Assembly (NCBI GenBank): GCA_030620035.1
Contig: JAUXAE010000001.1
Coordinates: 1 to 28,168, forward strand
DNA from: Dehalococcoidales bacterium
GTDB taxonomy: Bacteria; Chloroflexota; Dehalococcoidia; Dehalococcoidales; JAUXAE01
Direction of reading: 5' to 3'
Length of the DNA stretch: 28,168 nt
Shown here: piece after piece, positions 15,065 through 25,843 of the stretch
How the letters are laid out: each line of letters begins with the position of its first letter
Numbering within the stretch: position 1 is the stretch's first letter
The notes under the pieces: model-generated
Told to the model about the DNA's origin: nothing
What the model saw: the letters and a program-made list of their open reading frames with translations, nothing else
The model's database searches: none
Program-made: the position numbers and the translations under genes

Positions 15065-15072
15065 CTAGGCCT

Positions 15073-15288
15073 CTACACCATACCCATTTCCTGGAACATC
15101 CTGATGGTCTCCTGGGCCTCTTTCTGGTCGACTATCTGGATGGCGTAGCCGGTGTGGAGCAGGACATAGTCACCGACCCTGGCCCCGGGGGTCAGGGTGA
15201 TGCTGGCTTTATAGCTGGTTCCGGCCATGTCCACCTCGGCCTGATTCCCCTCAATTGATTTAATTAGTGCCGGCACGGCAAGACACAT
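15073..15288 (-). CDS. hypC: Hydrogenase assembly chaperone HypC
   Basis: MCLAVP start and VGDYVLLHTGYAI. Confidence 0.97.
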   Translation of the reverse strand: MCLAVPALIKSIEGNQAEVDMAGTSYKASITLTPGARVGDYVLLHTGYAIQIVDQKEAQETIRMFQEMGMV

Positions 15289-15291
15289 CTT

Positions 15292-17601
15292 TTAACCTCT
15301 CTTCATGATATTATTGGCGATAACCGCCTGACCCAGCGAGATACCACCGTCATTAGTGGGTACCTGATGGTGGGCCAAAACTTTTAGGCCGGCGGCGGTA
15401 AGGGTAGTGGTTACCTGCTGGAGTAGCCGCCGGTTCTGGAAGACACCGCCGGAAAGGGCCACGGTATTAATACCGCTTTGCTCAGCCAGCTGGCAACACA
15501 TCTGGACTATCATCCGGGTCACCGTGTTGTGGAATTTGGCTGAGATTTTGGCCAGGGCAACACCGCTTGACAGCTCCGAGATGATGCCCGAAAACAGCTC
15601 CTTGAGCCTGATAATTCTGATACCATCCTTTAGCTCTATAGTGAAGGGATAGCCGCCTTCAATTAGTATATCATCGGCGGCCATCTCAAGCTCAATGGCC
15701 GCCTGGGCATCATAGTCAATCTGGCCCCTTATGCCTATCAGGGCGGAGACGGCGTCAAAGAGGCGGCCGCAGCTTGAGGTCAGCGGAGAATTGATTTTTT
15801 TGTCTAGCTGCTGTTTTATCAGCTCTAATTCCACCTCGTCAACACGGCCAAGGCCGGGCAGCTTCCGGCTCAGGGCCTCCTCTCCCAGCAAATGGTAGAG
15901 GTAGCCGATGGCGGTGCGGTAGGGCTTTTTAATGGCGGCGGCACCGCCGGGCAGAGGCAGGTACTCCAGATGCCCCCGCCGTTGAAACCCTTTGTAGTCG
16001 GCTACCAGGAACTCGCCGCCCCAGATATGGCCGTCGCTGCCGTAGCCGGTGCCGTCAAAAGCCACGCCGATGACCGGCTCTTTAACCCCGTTGTCAACCA
16101 TACAGCTGACGATGTGGGCGTGGTGGTGCTGGACAGAAACCAAAGGCAGCCTTTCTTCCTCTGATTTTACTTGAGCCCACCTGGTGGCCAGGTAATCGGG
16201 GTGCTTATCACAGGCAATAATCTCGGGGCCAATGCGGAACATCTTCTGGTAGAGGGTGATGGTGGCCTCAAAGTGCTCCAGTGTTTCCTCATTTTCCATA
16301 TCGCCGATGTGCTGGCTCAGGAAGGCGTGGCCCTCCTTGAGCAGGCAGAAGGTATTCTTCTCCTCGGCACCGCAGGCCAGCACCGGCCGGGCATTGAAGG
16401 GCAGGTGAATTGGGTAGGGGGCGTAGCCGCGGGCCCGCCTTATTATGGTGGTCTTACCGGCCACCATGGTTACGCTGTCGTCATAGCGGGAGTAGATGTC
16501 CCGGTTGTGCCTCAGGAAGTAGTCGGCAATGCCCCGAAGCCTTGTTAGCGCCTCGTTATTGTCCTTGGCGATGGGCTCCTCACTCAGGTTACCGCTGGTC
16601 ATCACCAGCGGTAGCTTGGTGTCTTTCATCAGCAGGTGGTGCAGCGGTGTGTAGGGCAGCATTACCCCCAGGTATTTAAGGCCGGGGGCGACCAGTGTTG
16701 TGATTGAAGAGGAAGACTGCCATTTTAGCAGCACAATGGGGCTGGCCGGTGAGGTGAGCAGCTCCTCTTCCTCATTTGAGACAAGGCAGTGCTCCCTGAC
16801 CTCATCAAGGTCGGCCACCATTACCGCTAGCGGCTTGGCCGGCCGCTTCTTTCTCTGCCTTAAAGCGCTGACGGCAGCCTTACTGGTGGCATCACAGGCC
16901 AGAAGATAGCCACCCAGTCCCCTGATGGCCAGAATCTTACCCCCTTTTAGCAGCTGGCTTGAGGTGGCGATAACATCCCGGCCGGGAACGGTATTGCCTT
17001 GGGCATCGGCCAGCTCCAGTGACGGGCCGCAGGTGGGGCAAGCGTTGGGCTGAGCGTGAAAACGCCTATTTAAGGGGTCGTCATACTCCGCCTGGCAGGC
17101 GGGGCACATCCTGAAGCGGCGCATGGTGGTCAGCGGGCGGTCGTAGGGAATATCCTCAATGATGGTAAACCTGGGACCGCAGTTGGTGCAGTTGGTGAAG
17201 GGGTAGCGGTAACGCCGGTTATCGGGGTCCAGAAAGTCCTGCCGGCACGGGTCACAGGTGGCCAGGTCAGGGGAGATCAGCTGGTATTCACCGGCCTGGG
17301 CTAGACTTGGGCGAATCTCAAACCTATGATAGCCCACCGGCGGCTGCCGGCTTACCGATAGCTCATTGATACGGGCCTGGGGAGGCTGATTCTCTTTAAG
17401 GTCACTGAGGAAGCCATCAAGGTCGGCCTTCTCCCCCTCCACCTCAATCAAAACGCTACCCGAGGTGTTCAACACCCAGCCCTTGAGTTTGTGCTTCTGG
17501 GCCAGCTGATATATAAAGGGCCTGAAGCCAACACCCTGAACGACGCCCCGGACGCTTATCTTAAGTAGCTGCCTGTTTCCTATCGCCTGTGTCATGTTCA
17601 A
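15292..17601 (-). CDS. hypF: Carbamoyltransferase HypF
   Basis: Acylphosphatase domain GVVQGVGFRPF, Zn fingers (CDPC/CTNC, CPAC/CPTC), Kae1-like QHHHAH and PTNDGGISLGQA. Start is TTG 17601 or ATG 17595. Confidence 0.97.
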   Translation of the reverse strand: MNMTQAIGNRQLLKISVRGVVQGVGFRPFIYQLAQKHKLKGWVLNTSGSVLIEVEGEKADLDGFLSDLKENQPPQARINELSVSRQPPVGYHRFEIRPSLAQAGEYQLISPDLATCDPCRQDFLDPDNRRYRYPFTNCTNCGPRFTIIEDIPYDRPLTTMRRFRMCPACQAEYDDPLNRRFHAQPNACPTCGPSLELADAQGNTVPGRDVIATSSQLLKGGKILAIRGLGGYLLACDATSKAAVSALRQRKKRPAKPLAVMVADLDEVREHCLVSNEEEELLTSPASPIVLLKWQSSSSITTLVAPGLKYLGVMLPYTPLHHLLMKDTKLPLVMTSGNLSEEPIAKDNNEALTRLRGIADYFLRHNRDIYSRYDDSVTMVAGKTTIIRRARGYAPYPIHLPFNARPVLACGAEEKNTFCLLKEGHAFLSQHIGDMENEETLEHFEATITLYQKMFRIGPEIIACDKHPDYLATRWAQVKSEEERLPLVSVQHHHAHIVSCMVDNGVKEPVIGVAFDGTGYGSDGHIWGGEFLVADYKGFQRRGHLEYLPLPGGAAAIKKPYRTAIGYLYHLLGEEALSRKLPGLGRVDEVELELIKQQLDKKINSPLTSSCGRLFDAVSALIGIRGQIDYDAQAAIELEMAADDILIEGGYPFTIELKDGIRIIRLKELFSGIISELSSGVALAKISAKFHNTVTRMIVQMCCQLAEQSGINTVALSGGVFQNRRLLQQVTTTLTAAGLKVLAHHQVPTNDGGISLGQAVIANNIMKRG

Positions 17602-18254
17602 GCTCTAAGGCTTTTAAGTTCGGCCTCAAGCCATGATAGCCAGGGGTCAAGACCCTGGCCGGTCTTAGCCGATAGCTGGAATATCTCAACATCTGGGTTA
17701 AGTCCAATGACCTTCCTCTTAAAGGCATCCAGGTCAAAATCAAGAAGGGGCATCAGGTCAGTCTTGTTGATGACAACAGCTTCTGATTCGGTAAACATCA
17801 TCGGGTATTTGATGGGCTTGTCATCACCCTCGGGGACGCTGAGCAGGACCACTCGCTTGTGTTCACCCAGCCTGAATGCGGCCGGGCAGACCAGGTTGCC
17901 CACATTCTCAATAAAGAGAAGGTCTATCTCATTAAGTTTAAGATTATTTAGGGCGTTTTCTACCATGTTGGCATCCAGGTGGCAGCCGCCGCCGGTATTA
18001 ATCTGAACCACGGCCACTCCCTGGTCGCTTATCCGGTCGGCGTCAATAGTGGAGGCAATATCGCCTTCAATGACGGCGATTCTGGTTTTATCCTTAAGCC
18101 GGGCTATCGTCTTCAGGATCAGGCTTGTTTTGCCGGCCCCCGGCGAGGCCATGATATTCAGTGCCAGAATACGGTGATTATCAAGGAGCCGCTGGTTTTT
18201 CTGGGCCATCTGTGTATTGGCGTCCAGAATATTCTGTAATACCTTTACCTTCAT
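17598..18254 (-). CDS. hypB: Hydrogenase nickel incorporation GTPase HypB
   Basis: SPGAGKT, GGGCHLDA, ENVGNLVCPA, EGDDKP.KYP and NKTD. Confidence 0.97.
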   Translation of the reverse strand: MKVKVLQNILDANTQMAQKNQRLLDNHRILALNIMASPGAGKTSLILKTIARLKDKTRIAVIEGDIASTIDADRISDQGVAVVQINTGGGCHLDANMVENALNNLKLNEIDLLFIENVGNLVCPAAFRLGEHKRVVLLSVPEGDDKPIKYPMMFTESEAVVINKTDLMPLLDFDLDAFKRKVIGLNPDVEIFQLSAKTGQGLDPWLSWLEAELKSLRA

Positions 18255-18596
18255 TTAGTCCACCTCTATGCTGTCAATGTAGAATTCTTTGCCGGCGGTT
18301 ACCTCGGCGTCCCACTCTTTACACTTGGGACAGCTCCAATCTAATTTTTCCGGTGAGAAGGAGAAGCCGCACCGGCGACAGCGTACCTGCATGGGCACTC
18401 GCCTAAATGACAGCCTGGCATCACGGGCGATGCTGTCCTGGCTCAAGAAGTCGAAGTAGAACTGGACACTGTCATCAACAATGCCCGACATTTCACCGAT
18501 AACCAGGTTTATCTTGGTTATCCTGCTGGCCTGGGCCTCCCTGGCCTTGTTGAGGGCAATATCAAGCACCTCCTGGGTGACACCGAGCTCATGCAT
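18255..18596 (-). CDS. hypA: Hydrogenase maturation nickel metallochaperone HypA
   Basis: MHE N-terminus, CRRC and CPKC, and G.EFYIDSIEVD. Confidence 0.97.
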   Translation of the reverse strand: MHELGVTQEVLDIALNKAREAQASRITKINLVIGEMSGIVDDSVQFYFDFLSQDSIARDARLSFRRVPMQVRCRRCGFSFSPEKLDWSCPKCKEWDAEVTAGKEFYIDSIEVD

Positions 18597-18627
18597 ATGG
18601 CATCAGTCTTAAGACTTAAGTACTACT

Positions 18628-18656
18628 ATTATAATCTATTGGCCGATTTGTGTCCA
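18628..18656 (-). promoter_or_regulatory. hyp operon promoter
   Basis: TGGACA (18656-18651), 17 bp, TATAAT (18633-18628). Confidence 0.7.
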
Positions 18657-18674
18657 ACGGGGAAGGTGTCTTAA

Positions 18675-18704
18675 TTGACACCCAGTTAGCGATGCCACTA
18701 GAAT
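18675..18704 (+). promoter_or_regulatory. Promoter of the M16 peptidase gene (divergent from hyp)
   Basis: TTGACA (18675-18680), 18 bp, TAGAAT (18699-18704). Confidence 0.65.
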
Positions 18705-18734
18705 ATCTTTAGTTTTCATTAGAGGTTTAAACTA

Positions 18735-19997
18735 TTGTACCAAAAGACGACGCTGGCTAACGGTCTTCGGGTCATTACGGCCACCATGCCCCATGCCCAA
18801 TCGGTGTCCATCTGCTTTTTTATCGGCGTTGGCTCCCGGTATGAGAGCCAGGAGCAGGCCGGTATCTGCCATTTTATTGAGCACCTGCTGTTTAAGGGTA
18901 CTAAGAGGCGGGTGACCGCCCGGGAGGTCTCGGAGGCCATTGAGGGGGTGGGTGGTATTCTTAATGGTGGCACCGACCGGGAATTAACCAGCTACTGGTG
19001 TAAGGTGGCCAAGCCCCACTTTGAGTCGGCCCTGGATGTCCTGGCCGATATCCTGCTAAATTCCCGGTTTGACCCCCAGGATATAGACAAGGAGCGACGG
19101 GTCATCATTGAAGAGATTAATATGGGCTATGATGACCCGTCGCAGCGGGCCAGTCTGCTGATTGATGAGCTTCTATGGCCGGGTCACCCCCTGGGGCGTG
19201 ACATTGCCGGCAGCAAGCAGTCGGTGCTGGCCACCACCAGGGAGACGATGCTTGATTTTCTAGCCAGGCAGTACCTGCCCGGTAACTTGGTGGCGGCCGT
19301 TGCCGGTGATATTCAGCATGAAGAGGCGGTAGCCGCGGTGGGCCGGGTTATAGGTAACTGGACTGGCCCGGGGCCACCTTCGGGATATGAGGCCTACCGT
19401 GGGAAAACAGCCCGGCGGTTGTCTATTGAGAGGCGGGACATAGAGCAGGTCCATCTCTACCTGGCCCTGCCCGGCCTATCACTGGGTCATCCCAAGCGGT
19501 TTACCCTTGACCTGCTCAATGTTATCCTGGGCGAGGGGATGAGCAGCCGCCTGTTCGCTGAGATTCGTGACCGGCTGGGGCTGGCCTACAGCATTTATAG
19601 CTATGTTGAGCATTTCCACGATACCGGCTCGGTGGCCATCTATGCCGGTGTTGAGCCCAAGAACCTTCAGGTGGCCATCAGGGCCATCCTGGAGCAGCTT
19701 TCTGGGCTCAAAGAGACCGTCTCTGAACCGGAGCTGGCCAAGGCCAAGGAACTGGCCAAGGGGCGCCTGCTGCTGCGCATGGAAGACAGCCGCAGTGTTG
19801 CCGGCTGGCTGGGGGGACAGGAGACCCTCACCGGGCAGGTGCTCACAGTTAGCCAGGTGCTGGCCATTATTGATGCCATCACCGCAGATGAGCTTAAGTC
19901 TTTGGCCCAGGAGCTGATGGTGACCAGCCGGCTTCGCCTGGCCCTGGTGGGCCCGGTGGCCAAGGATGAGCCACTGGAAGGGCTGCTCAGGCTTTAG
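18735..19997 (+). CDS. M16 (pitrilysin/insulinase) family zinc peptidase
   Basis: Inverted zincin HFIEH, ERRVIIEEI and SSRLFAEIRDRLGLAYSI. TTG start. Confidence 0.93.
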   Translation: MYQKTTLANGLRVITATMPHAQSVSICFFIGVGSRYESQEQAGICHFIEHLLFKGTKRRVTAREVSEAIEGVGGILNGGTDRELTSYWCKVAKPHFESALDVLADILLNSRFDPQDIDKERRVIIEEINMGYDDPSQRASLLIDELLWPGHPLGRDIAGSKQSVLATTRETMLDFLARQYLPGNLVAAVAGDIQHEEAVAAVGRVIGNWTGPGPPSGYEAYRGKTARRLSIERRDIEQVHLYLALPGLSLGHPKRFTLDLLNVILGEGMSSRLFAEIRDRLGLAYSIYSYVEHFHDTGSVAIYAGVEPKNLQVAIRAILEQLSGLKETVSEPELAKAKELAKGRLLLRMEDSRSVAGWLGGQETLTGQVLTVSQVLAIIDAITADELKSLAQELMVTSRLRLALVGPVAKDEPLEGLLRL

Positions 19998-20006
19998 GAC
20001 ATAAAG

Positions 20007-20034
20007 ATAGCCGTGGCCCTAGGGCCACGGCTAT
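20007..20034. terminator. Hairpin between convergent M16 and groEL genes (likely bidirectional terminator)
   Basis: Perfect 28-bp palindrome ATAGCCGTGGCCCTAGGGCCACGGCTAT; followed by CTTTAT on the groEL strand. Confidence 0.75.
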
Positions 20035-20063
20035 TATAGCTGCTGACATCGGTTAGTGGTGCT

Positions 20064-21695
<1,632 letters not shown>

Positions 21696-21709
21696 TCATT
21701 GAAATTTAT

Positions 21710-22009
21710 CTATTTGGTAGTTTTCCTGGCCAGGACCTGGTTCTCAGGAAAGATTATCAGCTCCTCGTCCTCGACCTTGTATTCAACGCCGCCGAACTTG
21801 GGATAGATTACGAAATCGCCTACCTTGACATCGAGCTTCTCCCGCTTGCCATCCTTGTCTTTTCGGCCCGGGCCCACGGCGATGATCTCACCCTCCTGTG
21901 TCTTCTCTTGTGCCGTATCGGGTATTAAGACGCCACCCTTGCTCACCTCCTCCTTCTGGCTGGGCCTGATTACCACTAGGTTGCCCAGTGGCTCCAGTTT
22001 AACCGCCAT
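21710..22009 (-). CDS. groES: Co-chaperonin GroES
   Basis: LEPLGNLVVI, GGVLIPDTAQEK..EG.IIAVGPG and VKVGD.VIYPKFGG.E. GGAGGA SD supports the ATG at 22009. Confidence 0.96.
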   Translation of the reverse strand: MAVKLEPLGNLVVIRPSQKEEVSKGGVLIPDTAQEKTQEGEIIAVGPGRKDKDGKREKLDVKVGDFVIYPKFGGVEYKVEDEELIIFPENQVLARKTTK

Positions 22010-22052
22010 TAAAATCCTCCTTCCTTGAATTAGTTTATTTGGGCTCAATTTT

Positions 22053-22079
22053 TTAGCAGTCTCGGTCGGAGACTGCTAA
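22053..22079. promoter_or_regulatory. CIRCE-like HrcA operator
   Basis: TTAGCAGTC-N9-GACTGCTAA (canonical TTAGCACTC-N9-GAGTGCTAA), just downstream of the groES promoter. Confidence 0.85.
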
Positions 22080-22086
22080 CCCGAGT

Positions 22087-22115
22087 ATCATAGCCTAGTT
22101 AGGTCTATACCGCAA
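22087..22115 (-). promoter_or_regulatory. groESL promoter
   Basis: TTGCGG (22115-22110), 17 bp, TATGAT (22092-22087). Confidence 0.7.
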
Positions 22116-22247
22116 CTCAATTGATGGCTCTTTATAGTTAATATCAGATATTTACAGCAGTCTATAGTTAAAAATCAACCTTTTTCTCCGTTGATTGGCC
22201 ATTAGCTTATATATAGCCCGCTTTATCTCTGTTGACCTGAGATTGTT

Positions 22248-22276
22248 TTGACCTTTCCACCCAAGCGTGCCAGAAT
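22248..22276 (+). promoter_or_regulatory. Possible promoter of the macro-domain gene
   Basis: TTGACC (22248-22253), 17 bp, TGcCAGAAT (-10 at 22271-22276). Confidence 0.45.
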
Positions 22277-22306
22277 TTAGTTAGCCTGAATATATAATCC
22301 GGGGGT

Positions 22307-22819
22307 GTGGCCATGATTAGGGTTGAAGTCTATAAAGGGAATATCACCCAATTTGAGCTTGATGCCCTGGTCAATGCGGCCAACAACCGTTTGTGGATGG
22401 GTGGTGGTGTTGCCGGCGCCATCAAGAGGGCCGGGGGTGGAGAGATTGAGACCGAGGCAGTGAAAAAGGGGCCTATCGGCGTCGGTGAGGCGGCGGTTAC
22501 CGGGGCCGGTAGACTAAAGGCAAGCTATATCATCCACGCTGCCGTAATGGGACCGGATATAAGAACCGATGCCGAGAAGATAAGGCAGGCAACGGAAAAC
22601 AGCCTCAAAAGGGCTGAAGAGCTGGGCATTAAGAGCCTGGCCTTTCCCGCCCTAGGCACCGGCGTTGGTGGCTTCCCCCTTGATGAGTGCGCCCGGATAA
22701 TGATGGGTCAGGTGTTTAAGCATTCAGCCGGCGAGACAGGACTGGAGAGGGTGGTCTTTGTCCTGTATGATGAGCCGGCCTACCAGGCGTTTAAGCAGGA
22801 GCTTGAGCGGCAGTTATAA
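22307..22819 (+). CDS. Macro domain protein (YmdB/MacroD-like ADP-ribose deacylase/hydrolase)
   Basis: GNIT...DALVNAAN..L.MGGGVAGAI, IIHA and SLAFPALGTGVGGFP. Start is GTG 22307 or ATG 22313. Confidence 0.93.
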   Translation: MAMIRVEVYKGNITQFELDALVNAANNRLWMGGGVAGAIKRAGGGEIETEAVKKGPIGVGEAAVTGAGRLKASYIIHAAVMGPDIRTDAEKIRQATENSLKRAEELGIKSLAFPALGTGVGGFPLDECARIMMGQVFKHSAGETGLERVVFVLYDEPAYQAFKQELERQL

Positions 22820-22828
22820 CTGCTGTAC

Positions 22829-23806
22829 CTAGGCTATCCTGAGGTTGGGGACGACATCTAGATCTAGGCCATCTGTCTTGCCGGCCCTAAAGCGGTAGTA
22901 GCCGCAGGCGGCAATTACGGCGGCGTTGTCGGTGCACAATATCAGCTCGGGCACTAGCACCGGTATCGGTGAATTTTCCTTAAGGCGCTGGCGGAGAAGC
23001 CTATTGGCGGCCACGCCACCGGCCACCAGAATCTGCTTCACTTTCTGCTCCCTGGCGGCGGCTATTGTTTTGGTCACCAGGACATCTACCACTGCCTCCT
23101 GAAAGCTGGCGGCGGCATCGGCTACGGATGAGACCTGGCCGGCCTCGACCAGTCTTAATAGGGCTGTCTTGACACCGCTGAAGCTGAAGTCATAGCTCCC
23201 TTTTAGCCAGGCACGGGGTAGCTGGATGGTGGCCGTGCCTCTGCTGGCCGCCTGCTCAATGGCCGGGCCGCCGGGGTAGCCCAGGCCTAATATCCGGGCG
23301 GCCTTATCAAAGGCTTCACCGGCGGCGTCGTCCCTGGTTCTGCCTAGTAACTGGTAGTCCCCATGGTCTTTCATTAGCACCAGATCACTATGGCCCCCGG
23401 AAACAATCAGGCAGACCACGGGAAAGGAGGGGCACTGCCCTGAGAGCCAGTTGGCGTAGATATGGCCCTCAAGGTGATTGACCCCGGTGATGGGCAGGCG
23501 GCTGGCCAGGGCGATTACCTTGGCCACATTGACCCCCACCAGCAGCGAGCCGGCTAGGCCCGGGCCGATGGTAACGGCAATGCCGTCTAGGTCATTCCAG
23601 CCAGCCTTGGCTTCAGTCATCACCCGCTCGATGACCGGGATAATGGCCAGCAGGTGCTGCCTTGAGGCTACCTCGGGGACAACCCCTCCGTAGCGGGCGT
23701 GGATGGCCACCTGGGAAGCAATCTGGTGGGACAGGATTCTAGCGCCGTCCTCAACTACGGCGGCGGCGGTTTCATCACATGAGGTCTCAATACCCAGGAT
23801 TTTCAT
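22829..23806 (-). CDS. tsaD: tRNA N6-adenosine threonylcarbamoyltransferase TsaD
   Basis: [48 protein letters not shown] and CTDNA. Confidence 0.97.
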   Translation of the reverse strand: MKILGIETSCDETAAAVVEDGARILSHQIASQVAIHARYGGVVPEVASRQHLLAIIPVIERVMTEAKAGWNDLDGIAVTIGPGLAGSLLVGVNVAKVIALASRLPITGVNHLEGHIYANWLSGQCPSFPVVCLIVSGGHSDLVLMKDHGDYQLLGRTRDDAAGEAFDKAARILGLGYPGGPAIEQAASRGTATIQLPRAWLKGSYDFSFSGVKTALLRLVEAGQVSSVADAAASFQEAVVDVLVTKTIAAAREQKVKQILVAGGVAANRLLRQRLKENSPIPVLVPELILCTDNAAVIAACGYYRFRAGKTDGLDLDVVPNLRIA

Positions 23807-23815
23807 ACTTTAAGA

Positions 23816-23824
23816 ATTATAGCA
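23816..23824 (-). promoter_or_regulatory. Extended -10 promoter of tsaD (very short leader)
   Basis: TGcTATAAT (-10 at 23821-23816), 9 nt before the ATG; no SD. Confidence 0.55.
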
Positions 23825-23856
23825 CAGGCACCACTGCTGAAATAGGCCCTACCCTT

Positions 23857-23885
23857 TTGACACACCTACTAGCCAGTGTTATGAT
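23857..23885 (+). promoter_or_regulatory. Promoter of the corC-led operon
   Basis: TTGACA (23857-23862), 17 bp, TGtTATGAT (-10 at 23880-23885). Confidence 0.75.
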
Positions 23886-23940
23886 GATTTAAGAGGGGAT
23901 ACCCTTATATTTACTCAGGCGTTAAGTGGGGTGATATAGA

Positions 23941-25215
23941 ATGTCTGTTGAAACACTGTACCTGGTGTTTCTTGTTATCTGCCTTCTGTTGTCAGCCTTC
24001 TTCTCCAGTTCGGAGACAGCCTTCATTGCCTTACAGAGGTTCCGGCTGCAGCATATGGTTGACACTAAGGTTAAGGGAGCCCAGCGGGTAACCAGGTTGG
24101 TTGAGCGGCCGGAGAGGCTTCTATCCACCATCCTGCTGGGTAATAACTTCGTCAATGTGGCCGCCGCCGCCCTGGCCACCGTTCTGGCCGTTTCTGTCTG
24201 GGGACAAGAGCAGGGTGTACTGATTGCCACCATTGGCCTGACTATTGTCCTGCTGGTATTCTCCGAGATTACTCCTAAGACCCTGGCCACCCGGCATGCC
24301 GAGAAGCTATCCCTTTTCTACGCCCGGCCGATAGCGGCCATGGCCTGGATTTTTACCCCCTTCGTGGCCGTTCTAAGCTGGATTGCCTCAGGTGTCACCA
24401 GGCTGGTCGGCGGGACACCTTTGCACAGGTCTCTGGTCAGTGAGGAGGAGATTCGCAGCATGATAACGGTGGGCCACAAGGAGGGGCTGGTGGAGGAGGA
24501 AGAGGCCGAGATGCTGCACAAGGTCTTTGAATTTGGCGACCGCCAGGTCAGTGAGGCTATCGTGCCCCGCCCCGAGGTGATCAGTGTTGAGAAGGGGGCC
24601 ACCCTGGCCGACTTCCTGGCCATCTACGCCGAATCGCCCATGTCCCGCTTCCCGGTATATGAGGAGAATATGGATAATGTGGTCGGTATCCTTTCGGTAA
24701 AGGATGTCCTTATGGCCCTGGCCAAGGGCGCCATAACCCATGAGGACACCATTGATGACCTTATTCGGCCGGCCTACTTTACCCCTGAGACCAAGCGTAT
24801 CGGGGAGCTCTTTACCGAGATGCGCGACAAGAACTACCGTATGTGTGTCGTGGTTGATGAGTACGGGGGCACGGCCGGCGTCGTCAGCCTGAGCCGCTTG
24901 ATGGAGGAGATTGTGGGCCCGGTCGGGGATGAGCTGGCCGAGGCCGAGAAGGAATACGAGCCCATAAACGAGTATACCTTTCAGGTTGACGGCGGCATGC
25001 GCATTGACGAGGCCAATGAGGAGATGGGCCTGGAGTTGCCCGAGGGTGATTACGAAACCGTGGCCGGCTTTATCCTTCACCTGCTGGGCCATATACCCAG
25101 GCAGGGCCAGCAGATAAGGTATAAGGACTTGAAGCTGGTAGTGACCAGGATGCGGGGCAGGAAAATCGACGAAATTCTACTGACTAAGGAAAAACGTGCA
25201 CAGGCTGAGGGTTAG
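23941..25215 (+). CDS. HlyC/CorC (CNNM) family transporter-associated protein
   Basis: SAFFSSSETA, LSTILLGNN, FSEITPK, a CBS pair (SRFPVY, VVDEYGGTAG) and CorC_HlyC C-terminus (TVAGFIL..LGHIP). Confidence 0.93.
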   Translation: MSVETLYLVFLVICLLLSAFFSSSETAFIALQRFRLQHMVDTKVKGAQRVTRLVERPERLLSTILLGNNFVNVAAAALATVLAVSVWGQEQGVLIATIGLTIVLLVFSEITPKTLATRHAEKLSLFYARPIAAMAWIFTPFVAVLSWIASGVTRLVGGTPLHRSLVSEEEIRSMITVGHKEGLVEEEEAEMLHKVFEFGDRQVSEAIVPRPEVISVEKGATLADFLAIYAESPMSRFPVYEENMDNVVGILSVKDVLMALAKGAITHEDTIDDLIRPAYFTPETKRIGELFTEMRDKNYRMCVVVDEYGGTAGVVSLSRLMEEIVGPVGDELAEAEKEYEPINEYTFQVDGGMRIDEANEEMGLELPEGDYETVAGFILHLLGHIPRQGQQIRYKDLKLVVTRMRGRKIDEILLTKEKRAQAEG

Positions 25216-25843
25216 GTTCTGTCGTCGGTCAGAGTTAAAGTTCATCTCCCATCTGGATATAATGCGGCTGTGGTCGAGGGCCTTTCAGCGCGCTGACATC
25301 GCCCTGGCCTATTCTAAGGGCTTTAACCCCCAACCCCGTTTGTCTCTGGCGGCCCCCCTGGCCATAGGCGTCACCAGTGAGGCTGAGTTGATGGATGTCT
25401 TCTTAAGCCAGTGGGTATCTCCCCATTTCCTGGCCACAGCGGTAAATCAGCAGCTACCAGCCGGTATAGAAATAGTGCAGGTTTACCTGGTGGCCCTGAC
25501 TCAGCCATCACTACAGTCATTAGTTCGCCAGGCCGAATACAGGGTTGAGCTGGCCAGCGAAAAGAGTGACCGGGAGCTCCAGTCGGCTCTGGACTCTCTA
25601 CTGTCACTGGAGCACCTGCCCTGGCAGCACCAGCGGGATACCGGAGTCCGCAGCTATGACCTTAGGGCGCTCATTAGCGACCTGAGGCTTATCGGCCTGG
25701 AAGACAGTGTTGTTACCATCGGCATGCGCCTGCGCTGCGACAGTAGTGGCTCGGGCCGGCCGGAGCAGGTAGCCAAGGCACTCGGTTTTGGCCAGCGGCC
25801 CGGCTCCATTCACCGCACCAGACTTATTCTGAAAACAGGCTGA
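25196..25843 (+). CDS. TIGR03936/DUF2344 radical-SAM-linked protein
   Basis: RLRVRF......KFISHLD.MR...RA..RA.I.LAYS.GFNPQPRLS.AAPL.IG..SEAE. GTG start overlaps the upstream stop. Confidence 0.88.
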   Translation: MHRLRVRFCRRSELKFISHLDIMRLWSRAFQRADIALAYSKGFNPQPRLSLAAPLAIGVTSEAELMDVFLSQWVSPHFLATAVNQQLPAGIEIVQVYLVALTQPSLQSLVRQAEYRVELASEKSDRELQSALDSLLSLEHLPWQHQRDTGVRSYDLRALISDLRLIGLEDSVVTIGMRLRCDSSGSGRPEQVAKALGFGQRPGSIHRTRLILKTG

